From a virus (taxonomy: Duplodnaviria; Caudoviricetes): 64,000 nt of DNA. Made by a program: the position numbers and the translations under genes. The stretch is taken from the IMG/VR virus record IMGVR_UViG_3300047160_004786, positions 20,955 through 84,954 of that record; one strand, given 5' to 3'. This document shows positions 35,867-45,028 of this stretch, one piece after another (the first letter of the stretch is position 1; each line of letters starts with the position of its first letter). The notes beneath the pieces were generated by a model, which did no database searches, had not been told where the DNA came from, and worked only from the letters and a program-made list of their open reading frames with translations.

Positions 35867-36079
35867 ATGGAGAGGGTGATGACGAAGGTGAGTGATCTGC
35901 GTCCCGGGCGGCGGGCACCGACTGTGGATGATGCAAAGAAGGTTCAGAAGCTGGAGGATCATTTGAAGGCTCTGAGGCATGAAATGAAATTTTTCAGCAG
36001 GGAAGTGTTATTGAAGGAGATAGCGGACACCGAGGCGGCGATTGTCGAGTTGGGGTTTGCGTTCTCGAAGGACAAGTGA
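35867..36079 (+). CDS. small coiled-coil protein
   Basis: ORF track; start may be 35879. Confidence 0.5.
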   Translation: MERVMTKVSDLRPGRRAPTVDDAKKVQKLEDHLKALRHEMKFFSREVLLKEIADTEAAIVELGFAFSKDK

Positions 36080-36124
36080 TGGGAAAGGAGCCGGTCTCGC
36101 CCTTTCTGGAGAGAGGAGTGGATC

Positions 36125-36529
36125 ATGAAGATAGAGTATGTTCCCGCATGGTTGACTATAAATGATATCAAGGATCATCGAAAGGTTATTATCAGGTGTT
36201 TGGATGATTTGTTTTTGGATCGTCAGGAATCGATGGGCAAGGACCGGCCTGTCGGGGAGCTTATGGCGATCACTGGGGAGATAGCGTCTGTTGAGAGGGC
36301 TTTGGTTGATCTCATGAGGTGGGAGGAGCAACTGAGTGGGGCTGTTACTGTCACGCCGGCTGTTCCTGTTGGAGGCACCTTGGTTGCGACTGGGGTGACG
36401 TTGACGCATTTGAGGTACGCCTGTCGGGGGATGACCCTCTTCGATGTCAACGGGCATGACCGGAACGTGGTGGTAAGCATGTCGCCGTCGAACTGGGATG
36501 TCATTTGCAGGTTCATCGAGGGGAAGTGA
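36125..36529 (+). CDS. hypothetical protein
   Basis: GAGGAG RBS; 134 aa. Confidence 0.6.
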   Translation: MKIEYVPAWLTINDIKDHRKVIIRCLDDLFLDRQESMGKDRPVGELMAITGEIASVERALVDLMRWEEQLSGAVTVTPAVPVGGTLVATGVTLTHLRYACRGMTLFDVNGHDRNVVVSMSPSNWDVICRFIEGK

Positions 36530-37011
36530 TGGGGTGAATGATGGGTTGCTCCGTCTGCGGTTCCGGTTGGCACACGTCGGATGAGCATGGAGGTCGGCCG
36601 ATGTCTCGTGATATCGTTGATCGAGGCGTCTGAGGAGATCAGGAGGTTGAGGCTTATGATACGTGAGGGCACGGTCTCGGTGCTGTTTGACCCGGTGATT
36701 GTGGTTCCGCCGGGAACGGTGGTTCCGCCGGGTGGAGGGTCTGGGTGATGTGGCATCGATTGGAGCCGGTCTATTATTCCTGGCTGTATCCCAGGATGCG
36801 GAGGGCCAGGGCATTTACCGTGCGGATGTGCATGGTGATGGCTGGCCGTGAGAGACCGTGGAACCGACCTTGGAGGCCGGTCTATCGCAACAGGCTCTGA
36901 GGGGCCTCCCGGTGCCTCGCCAGTGTGGAGGGTTGTCGGGGTAGCCTTTCCCCCGGAGACCCCGCCGCAACGCACTGGCGAGGCTCCTGGGGGCCTTTTG
37001 GGAGGGCTGGG

Positions 37012-37260
37012 ATGGGTGACAAGGATGTGGCGGCGGCGATTGATGCGGCGGCGGTAGCTGTATTCATGGAGATGGACAGGCTGACGGACAGGGAGCTTTG
37101 CCTGCGTGTGGCCAGGGCTGCGGTCGAGGCTTACAAGGAGGCTTTGTATCAGGCGTATAGTCGGGAGATGGACCTGGGGAATGAAGAGCGGGCGATTGAG
37201 ATCGTGCGTCATGCGTTCGATCCGCCTCGAATACGAATAAATCCCACACCGATATCGTGA
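37012..37260 (+). CDS. small helical protein
   Basis: GGGAGGG RBS before ATG 37012. Confidence 0.55.
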   Translation: MGDKDVAAAIDAAAVAVFMEMDRLTDRELCLRVARAAVEAYKEALYQAYSREMDLGNEERAIEIVRHAFDPPRIRINPTPIS

Positions 37261-37331
37261 CACCGCCGTAGAATATGCTAGGCTTATGGTCCCCGACCAC
37301 CGGGCCAAGGTGGCACCATAGGAGACCAGCC

Positions 37332-37811
37332 ATGTTCAGTGAAGAGAAGAGCGAAGGCGAGCCGTTGCCTGAGAAGAAGCCGGTCGAATTGAAACATCGG
37401 ACGATCACCCTGACCAATCGAGCCCCAATAGATATTGTGGAGGATGAGTGGCCTGTCGTTGCGGACGGGACGGACGGTTATGAGCATCCCGGCGGGGCCG
37501 ACCTTGAGAGTTGGCGGATGAACATCCGGGTCAGGAGGGAGACGAAGGTATTCGATGAGTTGGAATATGGCCACCGCTATATCATTCATGCCGGGTATGA
37601 ATACTACATGGATAATCGTCTGGACCTGTGTCAGAAGGTTCGGGTTGGCCGTGTTTTGAACCATCCTGACACTGCCAATGATGTTTGGAATGCCATCTTG
37701 GGTGTTGGCGAGGAGTTACGGTCTCGGATTGAGATCGAGAGTTTGCGTGCAAAGGTGACCGGGATTGTGGACCGGTGCTTTGCCAAGCTGAAGCCTATCA
37801 GCAATTGGTAG
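37332..37811 (+). CDS. hypothetical phage protein
   Basis: AGGAG RBS; RTITLTNRAPI.I.EDEWPV.A motif. Confidence 0.65.
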   Translation: MFSEEKSEGEPLPEKKPVELKHRTITLTNRAPIDIVEDEWPVVADGTDGYEHPGGADLESWRMNIRVRRETKVFDELEYGHRYIIHAGYEYYMDNRLDLCQKVRVGRVLNHPDTANDVWNAILGVGEELRSRIEIESLRAKVTGIVDRCFAKLKPISNW

Positions 37812-37849
37812 GATTGATAGGGCGAGGTCCAGTAGCCTCGCTCTTTTCC

Positions 37850-38074
37850 ATGAGGGCAGTTATGGGATGGAACGATCACGTCGAGTATCTCGAAACCGAG
37901 TGCCTTGACTGCGGTCAGGTCGATGACTGGGAGTACTGGGACGAGGTTGGCAAGCAGCGTTATGTTGGTGGGGTTGGTGCCCTTCTAGGTCAGGACGCCA
38001 CCAAGTCCAATAAGTGTCCTCACTGCGGTTCAACGAAAGGTCGGATCGTAGAAGAAGACGAGAATTATTACTGA
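37850..38074 (+). CDS. small Zn-ribbon protein
   Basis: CLDC...CPHC motifs. Confidence 0.55.
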   Translation: MRAVMGWNDHVEYLETECLDCGQVDDWEYWDEVGKQRYVGGVGALLGQDATKSNKCPHCGSTKGRIVEEDENYY

Positions 38075-38086
38075 AGGGAGGCGATC

Positions 38087-38311
38087 ATGGGCTACATGGA
38101 CATCATGGACCCGACGGGTCACACCAAGCACATCTGGGATGCGAACAACGAGGACGAGGTTGAGGCGGCCAGGACGATCTACGATGCTCTGAAGGACAAG
38201 GGATACCGGGCCTTTCATGTCAAGAAGGACGGAAAGGAGGGTCACTTGATGGACGAGTTCGACCCGGATGCGGAGAAGATGATCCTCACGCCGCAGTTGA
38301 AGGGCGGGTGA
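38087..38311 (+). CDS. 74-aa protein ending in C-terminal Gly-Gly
   Basis: GGGAGG RBS; MD.TGHTK..WD..N.DEVEAAR...KGY.AF...FDP.AEKMIL.PQLKGG. Confidence 0.75.
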   Translation: MGYMDIMDPTGHTKHIWDANNEDEVEAARTIYDALKDKGYRAFHVKKDGKEGHLMDEFDPDAEKMILTPQLKGG

Positions 38312-38312
38312 C

Positions 38313-38963
38313 ATGGCAATGGCCTATGTTAGCAGCAACACCAGCGGGAATGTCATCTGGCCTATCTGGTGCAGCAACCTCAACAACACCAACCAGACAG
38401 CCATATTCTCCAATTCGGCCTGGACAATTTGGAACCAAGCTCCAATCCAGGCTCCGACCGTTGTCAAGTCGGATACCGGCGAAACGTGGATCATTTGGAG
38501 TGGCATGTCGAACCAGACGGGTTCGACTATCCCGCTTGCGATGGCGGTGCCGCAGGCGAGCATTCAGCCGGCAAGAGTATTGTCTGAGCACGTTGCTGTG
38601 GCGAATGCGGACTGGGAGCGGAGACAAGTAGAGCAGCGGGTCTATGCGGAGGCCCGCAAGGCGGCGAACGACAAGGCTCATGGGTTGCTTCTGGAGCACC
38701 TCGACAACCGGCAGCGACGTTCGCTCTCTAAGCGTGGGTGGTTCCAGGCTAGGGGCGGGCTGACCGGACGGCAGTACAAAATCCATGGTGACCGCTGTGC
38801 CGGGAACATCATCGAGCTTGAAGGGCGTAAGGAGGTTGCCCAACTGTGCGTCCACGCCGACCATTCGATCCCGTTGGGGGATCAGTTGCTGGCCCAGTTG
38901 CTGCACATCCAGCATGATGAGGAGTTTCTGTTGAGGAGGGCGAACCGGACGGTGCTGCATTGA
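38313..38963 (+). CDS. partner protein with LCVH / GDQLLAQ...DEE motif
   Basis: Starts 1 nt after the GG-protein stop; low-complexity N-terminus, conserved-looking C-terminal domain. Confidence 0.7.
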   Translation: MAMAYVSSNTSGNVIWPIWCSNLNNTNQTAIFSNSAWTIWNQAPIQAPTVVKSDTGETWIIWSGMSNQTGSTIPLAMAVPQASIQPARVLSEHVAVANADWERRQVEQRVYAEARKAANDKAHGLLLEHLDNRQRRSLSKRGWFQARGGLTGRQYKIHGDRCAGNIIELEGRKEVAQLCVHADHSIPLGDQLLAQLLHIQHDEEFLLRRANRTVLH

Positions 38964-39151
38964 AAACGAGGGTCCCGTTCCGGCTGATTGAGATGCCGTG
39001 CTGTCACATGTTGGTTTGCTGGGTGAACCCACGCATACCAAATTATTGTCTTGAGTGTGGAACGCACGTGTTCCTCAAACTGAAGTTCGAGGGGATGCTT
39101 CCTGACGCACAGGAGGCTTGGTTGACGATCAAAGAGAGGGTAGAGACTTGA
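38960..39151 (+). CDS. small Cys-rich protein
   Basis: PCCHML.CWVNPR.PNYC.ECG motif. Confidence 0.55.
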   Translation: MKTRVPFRLIEMPCCHMLVCWVNPRIPNYCLECGTHVFLKLKFEGMLPDAQEAWLTIKERVET

Positions 39152-39265
39152 GAACTGTGCGGTTTACTTATCGAACCGGAAAACCTGCATGCGGTGAGCC
39201 GGATGAATATGGATGGTCGTGTTGCGGTCATCCTGACAATTGTGTGAGAACAAGAGAGGCAACAG

Positions 39266-39448
39266 ATGGACCGGATCGAAGCGGCGAGCAAGGCGGCGTG
39301 CAGGCATCAGGGGGCGGACTGGGAGACGGTCAGCCCTGAGATCAAGGACATGTATCGAGGACTGGTGAGTAAAATCCTCGATGCCTGGAAGGCCGAGAAG
39401 AAGAACGGCAAGGGCAAGAAAAAGAAGAAGGACAAGAAACGTGAGTGA
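39266..39448 (+). CDS. small protein with Lys-rich tail
   Basis: AGAGG RBS. Confidence 0.5.
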   Translation: MDRIEAASKAACRHQGADWETVSPEIKDMYRGLVSKILDAWKAEKKNGKGKKKKKDKKRE

Positions 39449-39647
39449 GATCACTGGACGCAAGGATGAGGCTGAGAGCCTTGTGAAATTTACGAGGCAC
39501 TATTTCGGCTTGTCTCCACCGGAAGCTGTCACGGCACTCGTGCGTGCGACTAACATCATCATCGATGAGTTGGATGACGAGGCCCGCGACAGAATCATCG
39601 CCGTCATCATCCATATGCTGGGCACACGCGAGAGGGATAGGAATTAG
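39441..39647 (+). CDS. small hypothetical protein
   Basis: GTG start overlapping the upstream gene. Confidence 0.5.
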   Translation: MSEITGRKDEAESLVKFTRHYFGLSPPEAVTALVRATNIIIDELDDEARDRIIAVIIHMLGTRERDRN

Positions 39648-39675
39648 GTGAGGGGCTCCCGTAGGAGCCCACTCG

Positions 39676-39924
39676 TTATCGATAGGCGTCTAGCCACAAG
39701 TCAGCGAGCGGCAACTCGCTGTCCCTGACCAAGCGGAGGAACCGCTCAGCCTTATCTATGGCCTCGAACGTCTCGGAGCCGGTTTCAAGGTCGCCGGTTT
39801 GCAGGACGGTCGTCCACCGTTCCGGGTTGCGAGGATCCCGGTAGACGACCTTGACCTTGACCTTTCGCTCTTGGTTGACCCAGGAGCCCTCCAGTTCGAT
39901 TTCGAACCGGTTTCGGTCGAGCAT
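39676..39924 (-). CDS. lone antisense small gene
   Basis: AAAGGAGG RBS; converges on hairpin GGGCTCC/GGAGCCC (39653-39670). Confidence 0.65.
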   Translation of the reverse strand: MLDRNRFEIELEGSWVNQERKVKVKVVYRDPRNPERWTTVLQTGDLETGSETFEAIDKAERFLRLVRDSELPLADLWLDAYR

Positions 39925-40122
39925 TCTTTTTCACCTCCTTTCCGTTGGAGCTTGCCAACGGGAATAAGTTGTAGCCTAATTCGTGACGCGGCGGGCGGGC
40001 CGCAAGCTTGCGAGAAGGAGGAGGCGGCAGTGAGGGCTACACATTGGGATAACAACGAGGAGGGGCTGGCTGGGTCTCGTGCGGCCCCCAGGGGGACCAT
40101 AGGGTCGCCTTTGGAGGCACCC

Positions 40123-40512
40123 ATGCCTCCGACCAGACCGGCCAGGAAAACGCCCCAGTGGGGCTCCCAGGCGGTCTGGATAGGAGCTGTGGCCTTCCTG
40201 GGCCTGGGGCTGGTGAGCATGGCGGTCTATTCGTCTCGCCAGGACCGCGAGATTAACCGCCTGGAGGTGGATGTGTTCGACCTCCAGAAGCAGACCGTCA
40301 CCCTCAACCGGCTGGTGATCGACCTGTCCGGCCGGCTGGAGGCCATCGAGCGGGGACCGAGGGTTGTCCCCACCCAGGTGGTGCAGCCCGCCAAGCCGGA
40401 CGAGACGACCCGGCGGGAGGTCGCGGAGGTGAAGGCGGCTGTCCAAGAACAAGGGCAAAAGCTGGACGCTGTGCTGGATGGGCTTAGGAACGTGCGAGGG
40501 AGGCGACGATAA
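40123..40512 (+). CDS. single-pass membrane coiled-coil protein
   Basis: GGAGG RBS; TM VWIGAVAFLGLGLVSMAVY. Confidence 0.6.
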   Translation: MPPTRPARKTPQWGSQAVWIGAVAFLGLGLVSMAVYSSRQDREINRLEVDVFDLQKQTVTLNRLVIDLSGRLEAIERGPRVVPTQVVQPAKPDETTRREVAEVKAAVQEQGQKLDAVLDGLRNVRGRRR

Positions 40513-40703
40513 TGAGGGAGATCTACGTGCTGGCCTATAACGGTGGATACGAAGGCTGGTCTGGGCCAGTACAAGCATTTCTGGATGAGGCGGAAGCATT
40601 TGGTTTTGCCAAGCAGGCTGGATTGGAAGTTTTCAAGGTTCCGGTTTGGCCCGCTGTAAATGACAAGCTGCATTGGGAGGTTGGGCCTGTGGAGAGACAA
40701 TGA
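40512..40703 (+). CDS. small phage protein
   Basis: TAATG overlap. Confidence 0.55.
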   Translation: MREIYVLAYNGGYEGWSGPVQAFLDEAEAFGFAKQAGLEVFKVPVWPAVNDKLHWEVGPVERQ

Positions 40704-40912
40704 TGAAGAAGGCTGAGATCAACGCTCTTGGGCGAGTGTTTGCGGCTGAGGTTAACGGTCGTCTGCCGTACCAGTCAAAGTCCAGGATCTTCACCGAGTT
40801 ACAGGCTGCTGGCTTGGTTGCCCCAGTGGAATACATTTTTCCTGGGAGGTTTTTGGTGAAGGGGTGGCAGTTAACGCATGCGGGACGGTACTTTTATTGC
40901 AGTCAGTGTTGA
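40700..40912 (+). CDS. small winged-helix-like protein
   Basis: ATGA overlap; ELQAAGLVAP...WQLTHAGR. Confidence 0.5.
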   Translation: MMKKAEINALGRVFAAEVNGRLPYQSKSRIFTELQAAGLVAPVEYIFPGRFLVKGWQLTHAGRYFYCSQC

Positions 40913-40919
40913 GGATGCG

Positions 40920-41567
40920 ATGATGAGTGATTGGCGAGAGAAGATGCCGGATCGGATCAAGCGGTTGCCGCAGGACGAACGCGGATTTCCAGTGCCGTGG
41001 TTTGTAGCCTGGATTGATGACGTACCGGATTTCCGGGTCGTTGACACGCCCAAGATCGGCATAGCGGTCAAGCAGCATCGCTGTTTTATCTGTGGCGAGC
41101 GGCTTGGGCAGCATCTGGCGTTCGTGGTGGGACCGATGTGTACGATCAGCCGGACGGTCCCGGAGCCGCCGTCGCATCGTGGGTGTGCGGAGTTTTCAGC
41201 GAAGGTCTGTCCGTTCCTGTCAAAGCCGAGGATGCGAAGGAACGAGAAGGATCTCCCGGAAAATAAGAAGGCCCCGGCCGGGATTATGATCCCCAGAAAT
41301 CCTGGCGTTGTGTGCCTTTGGGTGACGAGGCATTTTCGACCGTACAAGGCCCAGCATGGGGTCCACGGGGTGTTGTTTGAGATCGGGCTTCCTGAAGAGG
41401 TCGAATGGTATGCGGAGGGGAGGAAGGCGACCAGAGACGAGATCATGCATTCCATTGACACCGGCCTTCCGATTCTGCGGGGGATGGCTGAGCAGGATGG
41501 GCCGGACGGACTTGCGGCGTTCGATAAACTGAGGCTGGAAGCGTTGAAGTTGGTGCCAGCGACCTAA
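40920..41567 (+). CDS. conserved Cys/His (Zn-binding) phage protein
   Basis: RGFPVPWF...PDFR...CFICG...GPMC...EPPSH..CA.FS..VCPFL motif. Confidence 0.7.
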   Translation: MMSDWREKMPDRIKRLPQDERGFPVPWFVAWIDDVPDFRVVDTPKIGIAVKQHRCFICGERLGQHLAFVVGPMCTISRTVPEPPSHRGCAEFSAKVCPFLSKPRMRRNEKDLPENKKAPAGIMIPRNPGVVCLWVTRHFRPYKAQHGVHGVLFEIGLPEEVEWYAEGRKATRDEIMHSIDTGLPILRGMAEQDGPDGLAAFDKLRLEALKLVPAT

Positions 41568-41572
41568 AGGAA

Positions 41573-41830
41573 ATGACGGACCCCCGCGTGCCAAGAGGGG
41601 GTCCGGTCCTGATGCTAATGGACCGCGTAGGATTTCTTCCCGTCATTGGGCTATCAGGACTGATCGATAATGCCGAGTTAATTGGACAAACACAAGAGTT
41701 TTCGCCCGGGTTCAGGACGTTCCGGGGCGGAAAGGGCGGTACACGCCGCCGACAGGATGAGCTAGGGAGTTCCGACGGAGCAATACGAGCCCTGCTTGTC
41801 TATAACGGGGGCTGGACATGGCAAGCCTGA
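41573..41830 (+). CDS. small hypothetical protein
   Basis: AAAGGA RBS. Confidence 0.5.
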   Translation: MTDPRVPRGGPVLMLMDRVGFLPVIGLSGLIDNAELIGQTQEFSPGFRTFRGGKGGTRRRQDELGSSDGAIRALLVYNGGWTWQA

Positions 41831-41870
41831 CTGGCCCCAGCCCCCGACGTGTTTGTGCTATGATCGATTC

Positions 41871-42239
41871 ATGAAGGCCGAGATCCTTGCTCTAACTCTA
41901 ATGGTGGCCCCGGTTCAGTGGCAACCGTCTCAACCGTATCAGCCACCTTGTTATTACGATTGGCAGTGCGGCACCCAGGGAATTGCCCCCAAGAAATCCA
42001 AGGCGATGCCGCGTGAGTTGAAGACGCAGGAGAGAGAGAGGAAGGCCAAACCCAAGCGGGTCGAGAAGAAGAGGAAGCACCTGGGCCGGGATGAGTGGCG
42101 GCGACGGATCGGAGATGACATAGCGAATTTCTGTGGGATGTGGCCGGAAGACCCGGCGTGCAAGAGGACTGATCCGCTCGCTAATCCTCAGACTGGCCCA
42201 GAGGAGAAACCGGGGGAGTCGCATGATAACGGTCACTGA
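41871..42239 (+). CDS. small protein with hydrophobic N-terminus
   Basis: MKAEILALTLMVAPVQW; Cys pairs; basic middle. Confidence 0.45.
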   Translation: MKAEILALTLMVAPVQWQPSQPYQPPCYYDWQCGTQGIAPKKSKAMPRELKTQERERKAKPKRVEKKRKHLGRDEWRRRIGDDIANFCGMWPEDPACKRTDPLANPQTGPEEKPGESHDNGH

Positions 42240-42492
42240 GGACGATATTGCTCGTATGCATGCGGACAACGAGAACACTCAGGCTCGTGGCCTTGAGGAA
42301 CGTCAGGCTACACTTTGGTGGCAGCACGAGTGGTTCTGGCGGCCGGATCGCTGGTATGAGATCGGGACTGACCAGTATGCAAAGTGTCTGCGGTGGAATG
42401 CGTTCTGGTCTCGTGTGAGCCAGATGCAGGCGGTTGGCCAGTACGATCAGGCTGTGGCATTTCTGCGGGAGAATCGGGGAGTCACGCCATGA
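42223..42492 (+). CDS. Trp-rich small protein
   Basis: GGGGAG RBS. Confidence 0.5.
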   Translation: MITVTEDDIARMHADNENTQARGLEERQATLWWQHEWFWRPDRWYEIGTDQYAKCLRWNAFWSRVSQMQAVGQYDQAVAFLRENRGVTP

Positions 42493-42926
42493 CGACATTT
42501 ATTATGATTGTTTTCGAGCTTTTCATTTTTGGCTTTGATTTGGATGAGCCGGAATACAATCGTGTCTATGGAGCCTTCCAGGGTGTGGCTCGGCAGATCC
42601 TTATCAAGGAATGGGCACGTGCGTGAGCATGTCTTTTGTGCGATTTTCGTTTTGATTCTTCTGGTCAGTGTGGCTGTCTGGTTGGATTATTACGTTGTTG
42701 AGAAGATTTTTAAGGACAAGCGTGAGAGGATTGAGGCTGAGAGGCGGAAGAGTGGGGATGGCGTTGATGGTGGTGGTTGTATATGATGGGTGTGCCACTC
42801 GTCGTGGTGACGCGGAGTCGGTTGGCCCCCAGCCCCAATTCCCCCCGGCTGACTTCGCGTCTGATTTTGGAATGAAATGAGGTGGCGGTGCCTTTCAATG
42901 CCTTCAGAGCCTACCTCGGCTGATAC

Positions 42927-44615
42927 TTGAGAAAAGTAAAGACGCTTGCGAAGGCTCCCTTCAGCCAACCGGACGTAGTAACTAAGCCGGTCCCAGTCCC
43001 GACGGACGGCTGGGATGCTATCTCTCCCCTTGCCGACATGGACCCCAAAAGGGCTCCTATCCTCATCAACTGGGTTCCCCGCCCAGGCTGGGTCGAGTTA
43101 CGGCAAGGTAACACGATCTGGTCGCAGAATATCACCAGCTCTCCTGTCGAGACCTTGATTGTCAGGCGTGGCCCTCTTGGGGAGAGCATGTATGCGATCT
43201 CCAATGGTGGAATTTACAACGTCTCCACGCAGGGTCCGAATCCACCGCTGATGGTTAGTGGATTTACGAGCAGCCGGTGGCAGTACGTCAATTTTGCGGT
43301 TCCTGGCGGCCTGCATTACATCGTGATGGGCAATGGGATCGATGCGGCCCAGATATTTAATGGGACGACGTGGTCTGCTCTCAGCATCAGCGGGTTGCCG
43401 TCTGGGTTTTCGACGGCGTCTATTGTCAATGTAGCCGCAGCGAAGCAGAGGTTGTGGTTTACTCTGATCAATTCCTCCGTTGTGGCCTACATGCCGACGG
43501 ATGCGATTACGGGACCGATTGCCGGCACCCAGGATTTTGGCGATCTGTGGGACAAGGGTGGCGTTCTTGTCAATGTCATGGAGTGGACGATTGATGGAGG
43601 CGAGGGTCCGAATAGCTATGTCGGGTTTATCTCCTCGCACGGTCAGGTGACGGTCTATCAGGGTACGGACCCGACGAATGCGAATGCGTGGGGGTTGGTT
43701 GGGACGTTTACGTTGACGCCTCCCATTGGGTATCGGTGTGCAACGAGGATCGGGTCGGACATTGCGTTGATTACTTATCAAGGGTTGGTTCCGCTGTCCC
43801 AGGCGTTGCCGTATGACCCTTCTGCGGACAGGTCTGCGTCGATAACGAGCCGCATTCAGAACGCGATGAATCAGGCGGTGCAGCAATATGCTCAGAATTT
43901 CGGATGGCAGTATATTACATTTCCTCAGCAGACACTTGGACTTTTGAATGTTCCTGTAAACGAAAATTCTCAACAGGAACAGTATGTGATGAACACCCTA
44001 ACCGGAGCTTGGTGCAGGTTCCAGGGATGGAATGCCAACGTTTTCGAGATTTACAATAATAATTTGTTCTTTGGTGACAATCTAGGAAACGTGGTCTGGG
44101 CTTATAACGGAGCCTGGGACGCCACGAACCCCACTATTCCAAATATTCCCGGATCTCCAATTCCCCCTAATCAATACAGCTTCACTGCCGATATGCAGTG
44201 TGCTCCAAACTGGTTTGACGATCCCGGTCGGAACAAGCGGATGACGATGATTCAGCCGCTTATTCTGACCGATGGCACCACACAGGCATTGTTATCTGTA
44301 AACGTCGATTTTGCCACCAACGCCGTCGGCAGTCCCATTCAGGCGAGTGTCACAGGCGGCCTTTGGGATAAAGCACTATGGGATAGGTCTTTCTGGAGTC
44401 TGGGAAACCAGAATGTTACGACATTTGCCTCGGTGACGGCGGATGAGGGAAAGGCTCTGGCGATCAGGATGCAGGCCAACATCGTCAGTCCCGTACCCGG
44501 TGAATTTGATCTTGGTACATTTGATAATGCCACGTTTGACAATACCGGAGGCGGTACAATTACTCTTCAGGTGAACGCCTTCAACGCCATTCTTGAGTTG
44601 GGAGGGTTCCTGTGA
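42927..44615 (+). CDS. tail tubular / packaged-DNA stabilisation protein (P22 gp10-like)
   Basis: P.P.DGWDAISPLADM, RLWF, VYQGTDP, W.LVG.F, YVMNTLTGAWCRF.GW motifs. Confidence 0.8.
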   Translation: MRKVKTLAKAPFSQPDVVTKPVPVPTDGWDAISPLADMDPKRAPILINWVPRPGWVELRQGNTIWSQNITSSPVETLIVRRGPLGESMYAISNGGIYNVSTQGPNPPLMVSGFTSSRWQYVNFAVPGGLHYIVMGNGIDAAQIFNGTTWSALSISGLPSGFSTASIVNVAAAKQRLWFTLINSSVVAYMPTDAITGPIAGTQDFGDLWDKGGVLVNVMEWTIDGGEGPNSYVGFISSHGQVTVYQGTDPTNANAWGLVGTFTLTPPIGYRCATRIGSDIALITYQGLVPLSQALPYDPSADRSASITSRIQNAMNQAVQQYAQNFGWQYITFPQQTLGLLNVPVNENSQQEQYVMNTLTGAWCRFQGWNANVFEIYNNNLFFGDNLGNVVWAYNGAWDATNPTIPNIPGSPIPPNQYSFTADMQCAPNWFDDPGRNKRMTMIQPLILTDGTTQALLSVNVDFATNAVGSPIQASVTGGLWDKALWDRSFWSLGNQNVTTFASVTADEGKALAIRMQANIVSPVPGEFDLGTFDNATFDNTGGGTITLQVNAFNAILELGGFL

Positions 44616-45028
44616 GGACGGCTCCAACCAGGGAGGGGTACATCAAGAGGTTTTGGTCCTATGTGGATATTCAGGGGCCGGACGATTGCTGGAAATATAT
44701 TGGAACGATTGCGAGTAGGGGGTATGGCCAGTTCTATGCGAATGGCAAGAGTGGGTATGCTCATCGCTTTGCCTACGAAATCGAGAATGGTGAGGGCAGC
44801 ACTAAAGGGATGTTTGTCGGTCATACGTGTCATAACCATTCTTGCTGCAATCCTCATCATCTGCTTCTTGTGGCTGATCGTTCTTGTAAATTATCTAGAG
44901 ACGATGTGATAAAGATAAGGGAACTGTTGGAAGCCGGTGTCATGCAGAGAAATTTAGCCAGACAGTATGGGGTTGCTGAGAGCACGATCTATGGCATAAG
45001 GAAAAAATTCTATTGGAGGGATGTCTGA
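44612..45028 (+). CDS. HNH endonuclease with C-terminal HTH (possibly degenerate)
   Basis: RFWSYV...DCW...GYGQF...AHRFAY...HTCHN.SCCNP.HL. Confidence 0.75.
   Translation: MRTAPTREGYIKRFWSYVDIQGPDDCWKYIGTIASRGYGQFYANGKSGYAHRFAYEIENGEGSTKGMFVGHTCHNHSCCNPHHLLLVADRSCKLSRDDVIKIRELLEAGVMQRNLARQYGVAESTIYGIRKKFYWRDV

Noticed and set aside
39962-39976. GAATAAGTTGTAGCC resembling the leftward -10 region at 30914-30928
   Set aside because: No -35 at the right spacing and only two instances; too weak to call.
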